Part shown: piece after piece, positions 50,590 through 64,000 of the stretch
Position numbering within the stretch: the stretch's first letter is position 1
Layout of the letters: each line of letters begins with the position of its first letter
NCBI GenBank assembly: GCA_964016885.1
Contig: OZ024742.1
Coordinates: forward strand, 266,228,001 to 266,292,000
Reading direction: 5' to 3'
DNA length: 64,000 bases
Origin: Eledone cirrhosa
Taxonomy: Eukaryota
Program-made: the position numbers and the translations under genes
The notes under the pieces: generated by a model
Databases searched by the model: none
What the model was told of the DNA's origin: nothing
What the model saw: only the letters and a program-made list of their open reading frames with translations

Positions 50590-52110
50590 TCCTTTGTTTT
50601 TTTATGTTCTATCAACTAATCCGACCTCCAAAATGCTTGCAATTGACTATTTTTTTAGCATATTAACAACAAATATGATTTCCACTGCAATTAAATATGA
50701 CTAGCTTTGTGAATGGTTTTACTACCCACTTTCTGTCTTCATTTTTCTACATTTGTCTTCATTGACGATAGGTTTCAAGGTTATATTCATTCATAATATG
50801 TAAAAAAAAATAGTCAACTGCGAGCATTGGTGTGATGTAAATGGTAGGAGTAAGTGTTCTGTAATAAATTTACCATATGGTGAAGTATGGTTATGGATTA
50901 GGGTAGATTAATATGCTGTGGTCGCTTTGTTATAAGTGAGGATTTAAATTTCCACTTTGATTTATGTTAGAAAAAAATTTTTCCTTCATTTTTGCATGTG
51001 CTATCAACTTCCAAGATGCTTGCAGTGGACTATGCTTTTAGCATATTAACAAAAAATATTACTTCCGCTGCAATAAAAGATGACTAGCTTTGTAAATGAT
51101 ATTTCCACCCATATCCTCCCTCTTTAGTCATTTTCGACAGTTTTCCATGTGATAACCATTGATAATATGTGCATAAAATAGTAATTTGCAAGAACCATTT
51201 ATGTCAAATTGGGTGATAAGCACAAAAAAAACAAAAAACTGCCAAATGAAAATTTGTCACACCAAATTCAATATCTTGGTATGATCTAGTATGGTGTGGT
51301 GTGGTGTGAAGTTTCTACAAAGATAGTCATTTTCGACAGGTTTCCATGTCATAATTATTGATAAGTGGAAAAAAAATAGTCAATTGGGAGCACCTTTAAT
51401 GTCAGATTCGGTGCTAAGCACACACACACAAAAAAAAAAAAAAAGGAAACGGGAAGAAAATGTTTCACACCAAGATCAATAGCTTGGTGTGATGTTGTAT
51501 GGTGTAACTTGGTATGGTGTGGTTTGGTTTGGTTTGGTGAAGTTATGAAATGGAAACCAATTGTAAACGATAGATTCCCATGTCATATTCATTGATAATG
51601 TGTGGGAAAATAGTCATTTGCAAGCACCTTTGATGTTAGTTTGAGGTGGTAACCACAAACAAAAAAAAAAAAGCAGGTAGCAAATTTGTCACATTGATGT
51701 CCATACCATGGTGTGATGTAAATGGTAGTAGGTGTTCTGTAATAAATTTACCATATAGTGAAGTATGGTTATGGTGAATTTATGGTGTGGATTGGGGTAG
51801 ATTAATGTGCTGTGGTGTCCTTTGTTATCTTTGATTTATGTTCTAAAAAAAATTTTCCCTTCATTTTTGCACGTGCTATCAACTTCCAAGAGGGTCGCAG
51901 TGGACTATGCTTTTAGCATATTAACAAAAAATATGACTTCCGCTGCAATAAAAAATGACTAGCTTTGTAAATGGTATTTCCACCCACATCCTCCATCTTT
52001 TATCTACAAAGCTAGTCATTTTCATCAGGTTTCCATGTCACAACCATTGATAATATGTGCATAAAATAGTAGTTTGCGAGCACCTTTTATGTCAGATTGG
52101 GTGGTAAGCA

Positions 52111-52145
<35 letters not shown>

Positions 52146-55042
52146 CCAGATGAAAATTTGTCACACCAAATTCAATATCTTGGTGTGATGTAGTATGGTG
52201 ATTTTTTTGTGAAGTTTCTACAAAGATAGTCATTTTCGACAGGTTTCCATGTCATAATTATTGATAAGTGGAAAAAAAAGTCAATTGGGAGCACATTTAA
52301 TGTCAGATTGGGTGGTAAGCACACACACACACACAAAAAAAAAAAAAAAGGAAACGGGAAGAAAACGTTTCACACCAAGATCAATAGCTTGGTGTGATGT
52401 AGTATGGTGTAATTTGGTATGGTGTGGTTTGGTTTGGTTTGGTGAAGTTATAAAATGGAAACCAATTGTAAACGATAGATTCCCATGTCATATTCATTGA
52501 TAATGTGTGGGAAAATAGTCATTTGCAAGCACCTTTGATGTTAGTTTGAGGTGGTAACCACAAAAAAAAAAAATCAGGTAGCAAATTTGTCACATTGATG
52601 TCCATACCATGGTGTGATGTAAATGGTAGTAGGTGTTCTGTAATAAATTTACCATATAGTGAAGTATGGTTATGGTGAATTTATGGTGTGGATTGAGGTA
52701 GATTAATGTGCTGTGGTGTGCTTTGTTATAAGTGAGGATTTAAATTTCCACTTTGATTTATGTGAGAAAAAAAATTTTCCCTTCATTTTTGCATGTGTTA
52801 TCAACTTCCAAGATGCTCGCAGTAGACTATGCTTTTAGCATATTAACAAAAAATATGACTTCCGCTGTAATAAAAAATGACTAGCTTTCTAAATAGTATT
52901 TCCACCCACATCCTCCCTCTTTTATCTACAAAGCTAGTCATTTTCATCAGGTTTCCATGTCACAACCATTGATAATATGTGCATAAAATAGTAGTTTGCG
53001 AGCACCTTTTATGTCAAATTGGGTGGTAAGCACAAAAAAAAAAAAAAAAAAAATGCCAGATGAAAATTTGTCACACCAAAATCAATATCTTGGTGTGATG
53101 TAGTATGGTGATTTTTTGTGAAGTTTCTACAAAGATAGTCATTTTCGACAGGTTTCCATGTCATAATTATTGATAAGTGGAAAAAAAAGTCAATTGGGAG
53201 CACATTTAATGTCAGATTGGGTGGTAAGCACAGACACAAAAAAAAAAAAAAAAGGAAACGGGAAGAAAACGTTTCACACCAAGATCAATAGCTTGGTGTG
53301 ATGTAGTATGGTGTAATTTGGTATGGTGTGGTTTGGTGAAGTTATGAAATGGAAACCAATTGTAAACGATAGATTCCCATGTCATATTCATTGATAATGT
53401 GTGAGAAAATAGTCATTTGCAAGCACCTTTGATGTTAGTTTGAGGTGGTAACCACAAAAAAAAAAAAAAATCAGGTAGCAAATTTGTCACATTGATGTCC
53501 ATACTATGGTGTGATGTAAATGGTAGTAGGTGTTCTGTAATAAATTTACCATATAGTGAAGTATGGTTATGGTGAATTTATGGTGTGGATTGAGGTAGAT
53601 TAATATGCTGTGGTGTGCTTTGTTATAAGTGAGGATTTAAATTTCCACTTTGATTTATGTGAGAAAAAAAATTTTCCCTTCATTTTTGCATGTGTTATCG
53701 ACTTCCAAGATGCTCGCAGTGGACTATGCTTTTAGCATATTAACAAAAAATATGACTTCCGCTGTAATAAAAAATGACTAGCTTTCTAAATAGTATTTCC
53801 ACCCACATCCTCCCTCTTTTATCTACAAAGCTAGTCATTTTCATCAGGTTTCCATGTCACAACCATTGATAATATGTGCATAAAATAGTAGTTTGCGAGC
53901 ACCTTTTATGTCAGATTGGGTGGTAAGCACAAAAAAAAAAAAAAAAAAAAAAAAAAATGCCAGATGAAAATTTGTCACACCAAATTCAATATCTTGGTGT
54001 GATGTAGTATGGTGATTTTTTTGTGAAGTTTCTACAAAGATAGTCATTTTCGACAGGTTTCCATGTCATAATTATTGATAAGTGGAAAAAAAAGTCAATT
54101 GGGAGCACATTTAATGTCAGATTGGGTGGTAAGCACACACACACACACAAAAAAAAAAAAAAGGAAACGGGAAGAAAACGTTTCACACCAAGATCAATAG
54201 CTTGGTGTGATGTAGTATGGTGTAATTTGGTATGGTGTGGTTTGGTTTGGTTTGGTGAAGTTATAAAATGGAAACCAATTGTAAACGATAGATTCCCATG
54301 TCATATTCATTGATAATGTGTGGGAAAATAGTCATTTGCAAGCACCTTTGATGTTAGTTTGAGGTGGTAACCACAAAAAAAAAAAATCAGGTAGCAAATT
54401 TGTCACATTGATGTCCATACCATGGTGTGATGTAAATGGTAGTAGGTGTTCTGTAATAAATTTACCATATAGTGAAGTATGGTTATGGTGAATTTATGGT
54501 GTGGATTGAGGTAGATTAATATGCTGTGGTGTGCTTTGTTATAAGTGAGGATTTAAATTTCCACTTTGATTTATGTGAGAAAAAAAATTTTCCCTTCATT
54601 TTTGCATGTGTTATCGACTTCCAAGATGCTCGCAGTGGACTATGCTTTTAGCATATTAACAAAAAATATGACTTCCGCTGTAATAAAAAATGACTAGCTT
54701 TCTAAATAGTATTTCCACCCACATCCTCCCTCTTTTATCTACAAAGCTAGTCATTTTCATCAGGTTTCCATGTCACAACCATTGATAATATGTGCATAAA
54801 ATAGTAATTTGCGAGCACCTTTTATGTCAAATTGGGTGGTAAGCACACAAAAAAAAAAAAAAAAAATGCCAGATGTAAATTTGTCACACCAAAATCAATA
54901 TCTTGGTGTGATGTAGTATGGTGATTTTTTTGTGAAGTTTCTACAAAGATAGTCATTTTCGACAGTTTTCCATGTCATAATTATTGATAAGTGGAAAAAA
55001 AAGTCAATTGGGAGCACATTTAATGTCAGATTGGGTGGTAAG

Positions 55043-55073
<31 letters not shown>

Positions 55074-58000
55074 GGAAACGGGAAGAAAACGTTTCACACC
55101 AAGATCAATAGCTTGGTGTGATGTAGTATGGTGTAATTTGGTATGGTGTGGTTTGGTTTGGTTTGGTGAAGTTATGAAATGGAAACCAATTGTAAACGAT
55201 AGATTCCCATGTCATATTCATTGATAAGGTGTGGGAAAATAGTCATTTGCAAGCACCTTTGATGTTAGTTTGAGGTGGTAACCACAAAAAAAAAAAATCA
55301 GGTAGCAAATTTGTCACATTGATGTCCATACCATGGTGTGATATAAATGGTAGTAGGTGTTCTGTAATAAATTTACCATATAGTGAAGTATGGTTATGGT
55401 GAATTTATCGTGTGGATTGAGGTAGATTAATATGCTGTGGTGTGCTTTGTTATAAGTGAGGATTTAAATTTCCACTTTGATTTATGTTAGAAAAAAAATA
55501 TTCCCTTTATTTTTGCATGTGTTATCGACTTCCAAGATGCTCGCAGTGGACTATGCTTTTAGCATATTAACAAAAAATATGACTTCCGCTGTAATAAAAA
55601 ATGACTAGCTTTCTAAATAGTATTTCCACCCACATCCTCCCTCTTTTATCTACAAAGCTAGTCATTTTCATCAGGTTTCCATGTCACAACCATTGATAAT
55701 ATGTGCATAAAATAGTAGTTTGCGAGCACCTTTTATGTCAAATTGGGTGGTAAGCACAAAAAAAAAAAAAAAAAAAAAATGCCAGATGAAAATTTGTCAC
55801 ACCAAAATCAATATCTTGGTGTGATGTAGTATGGTGATTTTTTGTGAAGTTTCTACAAAGATAGTCATTTTCGACAGGTTTCCATGTCATAATTATTGAT
55901 AAGTGGAAAAAAAAGTCAATTGGGGGCACATTTAATGTCAGATTGGGTGGTAAGCACACACACACACAAAAAAAAAAAAAAGGAAACGGGAAGAAAACGT
56001 TTCACACCAAGATCAATAGCTTGGTGTGATGTAGTATGGTGTAATTTGGTATGGTGTGGTTTGGTGAAGTTATGAAATGGAAACCAATTGTAAACGATAG
56101 ATTCCCATGTCATATTCATTGATAATGTGTGAGAAAATAGTCATTTGCAAGCACCTTTGATGTTAGTTTGAGGTGGTAACCACAAAAAAAAAAAAAAATC
56201 AGGTAGCAAATTTGTCACATTGATGTCCATACCATGGTGTGATGTAAATGGTAGTAGGTGTTCTGTAATAAATTTACCATATAGTGAAGTATGGTTATGG
56301 TGAATTTATGGTGTGGATTGAGGTAGATTAATATGCTGTGGTGTGCTTTGTTATAAGTGAGGATTTAAATTTCCACTTTGATTTATGTGAGAAAAAAAAT
56401 TTTCCCTTCATTTTTGCATGTGTTATCGACTTCCAAGATGCTCGCAGTGGACTATGCTTTTAGCATATTAACAAAAAATATGACTTCCGCTGTAATAAAA
56501 AATGACTAGCTTTCTAAATAGTATTTCCACCCACATCCTCCCTCTTTTATCTACAAAGCTAGTCATTTTCATCAGGTTTCCATGTCACAACCATTGATAA
56601 TATGTGCATAAAATAGTAATTTGCGAGCACCTTTTATGTCAAATTGGGTGGTAAGCACACAAAAAAAAAAAAAAAAAAATGCCAGATGTAAATTTGTCAC
56701 ACCAAAATCAATATCTTGGTGTGATGTAGTATGGTGATTTTTTTGTGAAGTTTCTACAAAGATAGTCATTTTCGACAGTTTTCCATGTCATAATTATTGA
56801 TAAGTGGAAAAAAAAGTCAATTGGGAGCACATTTAATGTCAGATTGGGTGGTAAGCACACACACACACAAAAAAAAAAAAAAAAAGGAAACGGGAAGAAA
56901 ACGTTTCACACCAAGATCAATAGCTTGGTGTGATGTAGTATGGTGTAATTTGGTATGGTGTGGTTTGGTTTGGTTTGGTGAAGTTATGAAATGGAAACCA
57001 ATTGTAAACGATAGATTCCCATGTCATATTCATTGATAATGTGTGGGAAAATAGTCATTTGCAAGCACCTTTGATGTTAGTTTGAGGTGGTAACCACAAA
57101 AAAAAAAAATCAGATAGCAAATTTGTCACATTGATGTCCATACCATGGTGTGATGTAAATGGTAGTAGGTGTTCTGTAATAAATTTACCATATAGTGAAG
57201 TATGGTTATGGTGAATTTATCGTGTGGATTGAGGTAGATTAATATGCTGTGGTGTGCTTTGTTATAAGTGAGGATTTAAATTTCCACTTTGATTTATGTT
57301 AAAAAAAAAATATTCCCTTTATTTTTGCATGTGTTATCGACTTCCAAGATGCTCGCAGTGGACTATGCTTTTAGCATATTAACAAAAAATATGACTTCCG
57401 CTGTAATAAAAAATGACTAGCTTTCTAAATAGTATTTCCACCCACATCCTCCCTCTTTTATCTACAAAGCTAGTCATTTTCATCAGGTTTCCATGTCACA
57501 ACCATTGATAATATGTGCATAAAATAGTAGTTTGCGAGCACCTTTTATGTCAAATTGGGTGGTAAGCACAAAAAAAAAAAAAAAAAAAATGCCAGATGAA
57601 AATTTGTCACACCAAAATCAATATCTTGGTGTGATGTAGTATGGTGATTTTTTGTGAAGTTTCTACAAAGATAGTCATTTTCGACAGGTTTCCATGTCAT
57701 AATTATTGATAAGTGGAAAAAAAAGTCAATTGGGAGCACATTTAATGTCAGATTGGGTGGTAAGCACACACACAAAAAAAAAAAAAAAAATGAAACGGGA
57801 AGAAAACGTTTCACACCAAGATCAATAGCTTGGTGTGATGTAGTATGGTGTAATTTGGTATGGTGTGGTTTGGTTTGGTTTGGTGAAGTTATGAAATGGA
57901 AACCAATTGTAAACGATAGATTCCCATGTCATATTCATTGATAATGTGTGAGAAAATAGTCATTTGCAAGCACCTTTGATGTTAGTTTGAGGTGGTAACC

Positions 58001-60487
58001 ACAAAAAAAAAAAAAAAATCAGGTAGCAAATTTGTCACATTGATGTCCATACCATGGTGTGATGTAAATGGTAGTAGGTGTTCTGTAATAAATTTACCAT
58101 ATAGTGAAGTATGGTTATGGTGAATTTATGGTGTGGATTGAGGTAGATTAATATGCTGTGGTGTGCTTTGTTATAAGTGAGGATTTAAATTTCCACTTTG
58201 ATTTATGTGAGAAAAAAAATTTTCCCTTCATTTTTGCATGTGTTATCGACTTCCAAGATGCTCGCAGTGGACTATGCTTTTAGCATATTAACAAAAAATA
58301 TGACTTCCGCTGTAATAAAAAATGACTAGCTTTCTAAATAGTATTTCCACCCACATCCTCCCTCTTTTATCTACAAAGCTAGTCATTTTCATCAGGTTTC
58401 CATGTCACAACCATTGATAATATGTGCATAAAATAGTAATTTGCGAGCACCTTTTATGTCAAATTGGGTGGTAAGCACACAAAAAAAAAAAAAAAAAATG
58501 CCAGATGTAAATTTGTCACACCAAAATCAATATCTTGGTGTGATGTAGTATGGTGATTTTTTTGTGAAGTTTCTACAAAGATAGTCATTTTCGACAGTTT
58601 TCCATGTCATAATTATTGATAAGTGGAAAAAAAAGTCAATTGGGAGCACATTTAATGTCAGATTGGGTGGTAAGCACACACACACACAAAAAAAAAAAAA
58701 AAAGGAAACGGGAAGAAAACGTTTCACACCAAGATCAATAGCTTGGTGTGATGTAGTATGGTGTAATTTGGTATGGTGTGGTTTGGTTTGGTTTGGTGAA
58801 GTTATGAAATGGAAACCAATTGTAAACGATAGATTCCCATGTCATATTCATTGATAATGTGTGGGAAAATAGTCATTTGCAAGCACCTTTGATGTTAGTT
58901 TGAGGTGGTAACCACAAAAAAAAAAAATCAGATAGCAAATTTGTCACATTGATGTCCATACCATGGTGTGATGTAAATGGTAGTAGGTGTTCTGTAATAA
59001 ATTTACCATATAGTGAAGTATGGTTATGGTGAATTTATCGTGTGGATTGAGGTAGATTAATATGCTGTGGTGTGCTTTGTTATAAGTGAGGATTTAAATT
59101 TCCACTTTGATTTATGTGAGAAAAAAAATTTTCCCTTCATTTTTGCATGTGTTATCGACTTCCAAGATGCTCGCAGTGGACTATGCTTTTAGCATATTAA
59201 CAAAAAATATGACTTCCGCTGCAATAAAAAATGACTAGCTTTCTAAATAGTATTTCCACCCACATCCTCCCTCTTTTATCTACAAAGCTAGTCATTTTCA
59301 TCAGGTTTCCATGTCACAACCATTGATAATATGTGCATAAAATATTAATTTGCGAGCACCTTTTATGTCAAATTGGGTGGTAAGCACACACAAAAAAAAA
59401 AAAAAAATGCCAGATGAAAATTTGTCACACCAAAATCAATATCTTGATGTAGTATGGTGATTTTTTTGTGAAGTTTCTACAAAGATAGTCATTTTCGACA
59501 GGTTTCCATGTCATAATTATTGATAAGTGCAAAAAAAAGTCAATTGGGAGCACATTTAATGTCAGATTGGGTGGTAAGCACACACACACACACAAAAAAA
59601 AAAAAAAAGGAAACGGGAAGAAAACGTTTCACACCAAGATCAATAGCTTGGTGTGATGTAGTATGGTGTAATTTGGTATGGTGTGGTTTGGTTTGGTTTG
59701 GTGAAGTTATAAAATGGAAACCAATTGGAAACGATAGATTCCCATGTCATATTCATTGATAATGTGTGGGAAAATAGTCATTTGCAAGCACCTTTGATGT
59801 TAGTTTGAGGTGGTAACCACAAAAAAAAAAAATCAGGTAGCAAATTTGTCACATTGATGTCCATACCATGGTGTGATGTAAATGGTAGTAGGTGTTCTGT
59901 AATGAATTTACCATATAGTGAAGTATGGTTATGGTGAATTTATGGTGTGGATTGAGGTAGATTAATGTGCTGTGGTGTGCTTTGTTATAAGTGCGGATTT
60001 AAATTTCCACTTTGATTTATGTGAGAAAAAAAATTTTCCCTTCATTTTTGCATGTGTTATCAACTTCCAAGATGCTCGCAGTAGACTATGCTTTTAGCAT
60101 ATTAACAAAAAATATGACTTCCGCTGTAATAAAAAATGACTAGCTTTCTAAATAGTATTTCCACCCACATCCTCCCTCTTTTATCTACAAAGCTAGTCAT
60201 TTTCATCAGGTTTCCATGTCACAACCATTGATAATATGTGCATAAAATAGTAATTTGCGAGCACCTTTTATGTAAAATTGGGTGGTAAGCACACAAAAAA
60301 AAAAAAAAAATGCCAGATGAAAATTTGTCACACCAAAATCAATATCTTGGTGTGATGTAGTATGGTGATTTTTTGTGAAGTTTCTACAAAGATAGTCATT
60401 TTCGACAGGTTTCCATGTCATAATTATTGATAAGTGGAAAAAAAAGTCAATTGGGAGCACATTTAATGTCAGATTGGGTGGTAAGCA

Positions 60488-60518
<31 letters not shown>

Positions 60519-62294
60519 TTAAACGGGAAGAAAACGTTTCACACCAAGATCAATAGCTTGGTGTGATGTAGTATGGTGTAATTTGGTATGGTGTGGTTTG
60601 GTGAAGTTATGAAATGGAAACCAATTGTAAACGATAGATTCCCATGTCATATTCATTGATAATGTGTGAGAAAATAGTCATTTGCAAGCACCTTTGATGT
60701 TAGTTTGAGGTGGTAACCACAAAAAAAAAAAAAAAATCAGGTAGCAAATTTGTCACATTGATGTCCATACCATGGTGTGATGTAAATGGTAGTAGGTGTT
60801 CTGTAATAAATTTACCATATAGTGAAGTATGGTTATGGTGAATTTATGGTGTGGATTGAGGTAGATTAATATGCTGTGGTGTGCTTTGTTATAAGTGAGG
60901 ATTTAAATTTCCACTTTGATTTATGTGAGAAAAAAAATTTTCCCTTCATTTTTGCATGTGTTATCGACTTCCAAGATGCTCGCAGTGGACTATGCTTTTA
61001 GCATATTAACAAAAAATATGACTTCCGCTGCAATAAAAAATGACTAGCTTTCTAAATAGTATTTCCACCCACATCCTCCCTCTTTTATCTACAAAGCTAG
61101 TCATTTTCATCAGGTTTCCATGTCACAACCATTGATAATATGTGCATAAAATAGTAATTTGCGAGCACCTTTTATGTCAAATTGGGTGGTAAGCACACAA
61201 AAAAAAAAAAAAAAATGCCAGATGAAAATTTGTCACACCAAAATCAATATCTTGGTGTGATGTAGTATGGTGATTTTTTTGTGAAGTTTCTACAAAGATA
61301 GTCATTTTCGACAGGTTTCCATGTCATAATTATTGATAAGTGGAAAAAAAAGTCAATTGGGAGCACATTTAATGTCAGATTGGGTGGTAAGCACACACAC
61401 ACACAAATAAAAAAAAAAAAAGGAAACGGGAAGAAAACGTTTCACACCAAGATCAATAGCTTGGTGTGATGTAGTATGGTGTAATTTGGTATGGTGTGGT
61501 TTGGTTTGGTTTGGTGAAGTTATGAAATGGAAACCAATTGTAAACGATAGATTCCCATGTCATATTCATTGATAATGTGTGGGAAAATAGTCATTTGCAA
61601 GCACCTTTGATGTTAGTTTGAGGTGGTAACCACAAAAAAAAAAAAATCAGGTAGCAAATTTGTCACATTGATGTCCATACCATGGTGTGATGTAAATGGT
61701 AGTAGGTGTTCTGTAATAAATTTACCATATAGTGAAGTATGGTTATGGTGAATTTATCGTGTGGATTGAGGTAGATTAATATGCTGTGGTGTGCTTTGTT
61801 ATAAGTGAGGATTTAAATTTCCACTTTGATTTATGTTAGAAAAAAAATATTCCCTTTATTTTTGCATGTGTTATCGACTTCCAAGATGCTCGCAGTGGAC
61901 TATGCTTTTAGCATATTAACAAAAAATATGACTTCCGCTGTAATAAAAAATGACTAGCTTTCTAAATAGTATTTCCACCCACATCCTCCCTCTTTTATCT
62001 ACAAAGCTAGTCATTTTCATCAGGTTTCCATGTCACAACCATTGATAATATGTGCATAAAATAGTAGTTTGCGAGCACCTTTTATGTCAAATTGGGTGGT
62101 AAGCACAAAAAAAAAAAAATGCCAGATGAAAATTTGTCACACCAAAATCAATATCTTGGTGTGATGTAGTATGGTGATTTTTTGTGAAGTTTCTACAAAG
62201 ATAGTCATTTTCGACAGGTTTCCATGTCATAATTATTGATAAGTGGAAAAAAAAGTCAATTGGGAGCACATTTAATGTCAGATTGGGTGGTAAG

Positions 62295-62325
<31 letters not shown>

Positions 62326-63198
62326 GAAACGGGAAGAAAACGTTTCACACCAAGATCAATAGCTTGGTGTGATGTAGTATGGTGTAATTTGGTATGGTGT
62401 GGTTTGGTTTGGTTTGGTGAAGTTATGAAATGGAAACCAATTGTAAACGATAGATTCCCATGTCATATTCATTGATAATGTGTGAGAAAATAGTCATTTG
62501 CAAGCACCTTTGATGTTAGTTTGAGGTGGTAACCACAAAAAAAAAAAAAATCAGGTAGCAAATTTGTCACATTGATGTCCATACCATGGTGTGATGTAAA
62601 TGGTAGTAGGTGTTCTGTAATAAATTTACCATATAGTGAAGTATGGTTATGGTGAATTTATTGTGTGGATTGAGGTAGATTAATATGCTGTGGTGTGCTT
62701 TGTTATAAGTGAGGATTTAAATTTCCACTTTGATTTATGTGAGAAAAAAAATTTTCCCTTCATTTTTGCATGTGTTATCGACTTCCAAGATGCTCGCAGT
62801 GGACTATGCTTTTAGCATATTAACAAAAAATATGACTTCCGCTGCAATAAAAAATGACTAGCTTTCTAAATAGTATTTCCACCCACATCCTCCCTCTTTT
62901 ATCTACAAAGCTAGTCATTTTCATCAGGTTTCCATGTCACAACCATTGATAATATGTGCATAAAATAGTAGTTTGCGAGCACCTTTTATGTCAAATTGGG
63001 TGGTAAGCACAAAAAAAAAAAAATGCCAGATGAAAATTTGTCACACCAAAATCAATATCTTGGTGTGATGTAGTATGGTGATTTTTTGTGAAGTTTCTAC
63101 AAAGATAGTCATTTTCGACAGGTTTCCATGTCATAATTATTGATAAGTGGAAAAAAAAGTCAATTGGGAGCACATTTAATGTCAGATTGGGTGGTAAG

Positions 63199-63229
<31 letters not shown>

Positions 63230-64000
63230 GAAACGGGAAGAAAACGTTTCACACCAAGATCAATAGCTTGGTGTGATGTAGTATGGTGTAATTTGGTATG
63301 GTGTGGTTTGGTTTGGTTTGGTGAAGTTATGAAATGGAAACCAATTGTAAACGATAGATTCCCATGTCATATTCATTGATAATGTGTGAGAAAATAGTCA
63401 TTTGCAAGCACCTTTGATGTTAGTTTGAGGTGGTAACCACAAAAAAAAAAAAAATCAGGTAGCAAATTTGTCACATTGATGTCCATACCATGGTGTGATG
63501 TAAATGGTAGTAGGTGTTCTGTAATAAATTTACCATATAGTGAAGTATGGTTATGGTGAATTTATTGTGTGGATTGAGGTAGATTAATATGCTGTGGTGT
63601 GCTTTGTTATAAGTGAGGATTTAAATTTCCACTTTGATTTATGTGAGAAAAAAAATTTTCCCTTCATTTTTGCATGTGTTATCGACTTCCAAGATGCTCG
63701 CAGTGGACTATGCTTTTAGCATATTAACAAAAAATATGACTTCCGCTGCAATAAAAAATGACTAGCTTTCTAAATAGTATTTCCACCCACATCCTCCCTC
63801 TTTTATCTACAAAGCTAGTCATTTTCATCAGGTTTCCATGTCACAACCATTGATAATATGTGCATAAAATAGTAATTTGCGAGCACCTTTTATGTCAAAT
63901 TGGGTGGTAAGCACACAAAAAAAAAAAAAAAAATGCCAGATGAAAATTTGTCACACCAAAATCAATATCTTGGTGTGATGTAGTATGGTGATTTTTTTGT
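50590..64000. repeat. Satellite array, ~905-bp monomer, about 14 copies, continuing past the window end
   Basis: The marker gaaacgggaagaaaacg recurs at ~51446, 52351, 53255, 54164, 55075, 55983, 56887, 57792, 58705, 59610, 60520, 61423, 62326 and 63230. Confidence 0.98.

Noticed and set aside
52261-63379. Recurrent 60-98-aa ORFs, and a CRISPR-like or tandem-gene interpretation of the array
   Set aside because: The ORFs open and close with poly-A length changes; there are no unique spacers or cas genes; eukaryotic satellite.

Overview
AT-rich, microsatellite-dense animal DNA; the repeat repertoire suggests a coleoid cephalopod such as Octopus (inference, not database-checked). One clear host gene: a two-coding-exon glutaredoxin-2-like gene (1293-1532 + 3794-3910, 118 aa, CPHC active site). 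The rest is mostly mobile DNA. It includes RTE LINE fragments with a PHD finger inside the RT, tRNA-derived SINEs, a head-to-tail train of Tx1/L1-clade LINEs (12.7-27.2 kb), and Penelope GIY-YIG and CRE-like remnants. It also includes a non-coding two-LTR element (29282-31715), a near-complete CsRN1-clade Gypsy (34195-40091; CHCC Gag, tRNA-Trp PBS, -1 frameshift signal) nested in a relative of that element, RTE-BovB and CR1/L2 fragments, MITEs and a probable Helitron. A ~905-bp satellite with an internal palindrome runs from ~50.6 kb off the end. Best leads: (1) type I hammerhead-like ribozyme folds, including a retrozyme-like pair 369 nt apart; (2) a family of tRNA-Trp-primed LTR elements with non-canonical TG...AA ends; (3) the (ATT)n-joined SINE/Tx1 concatemer. 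All alignments and folds were done by eye.
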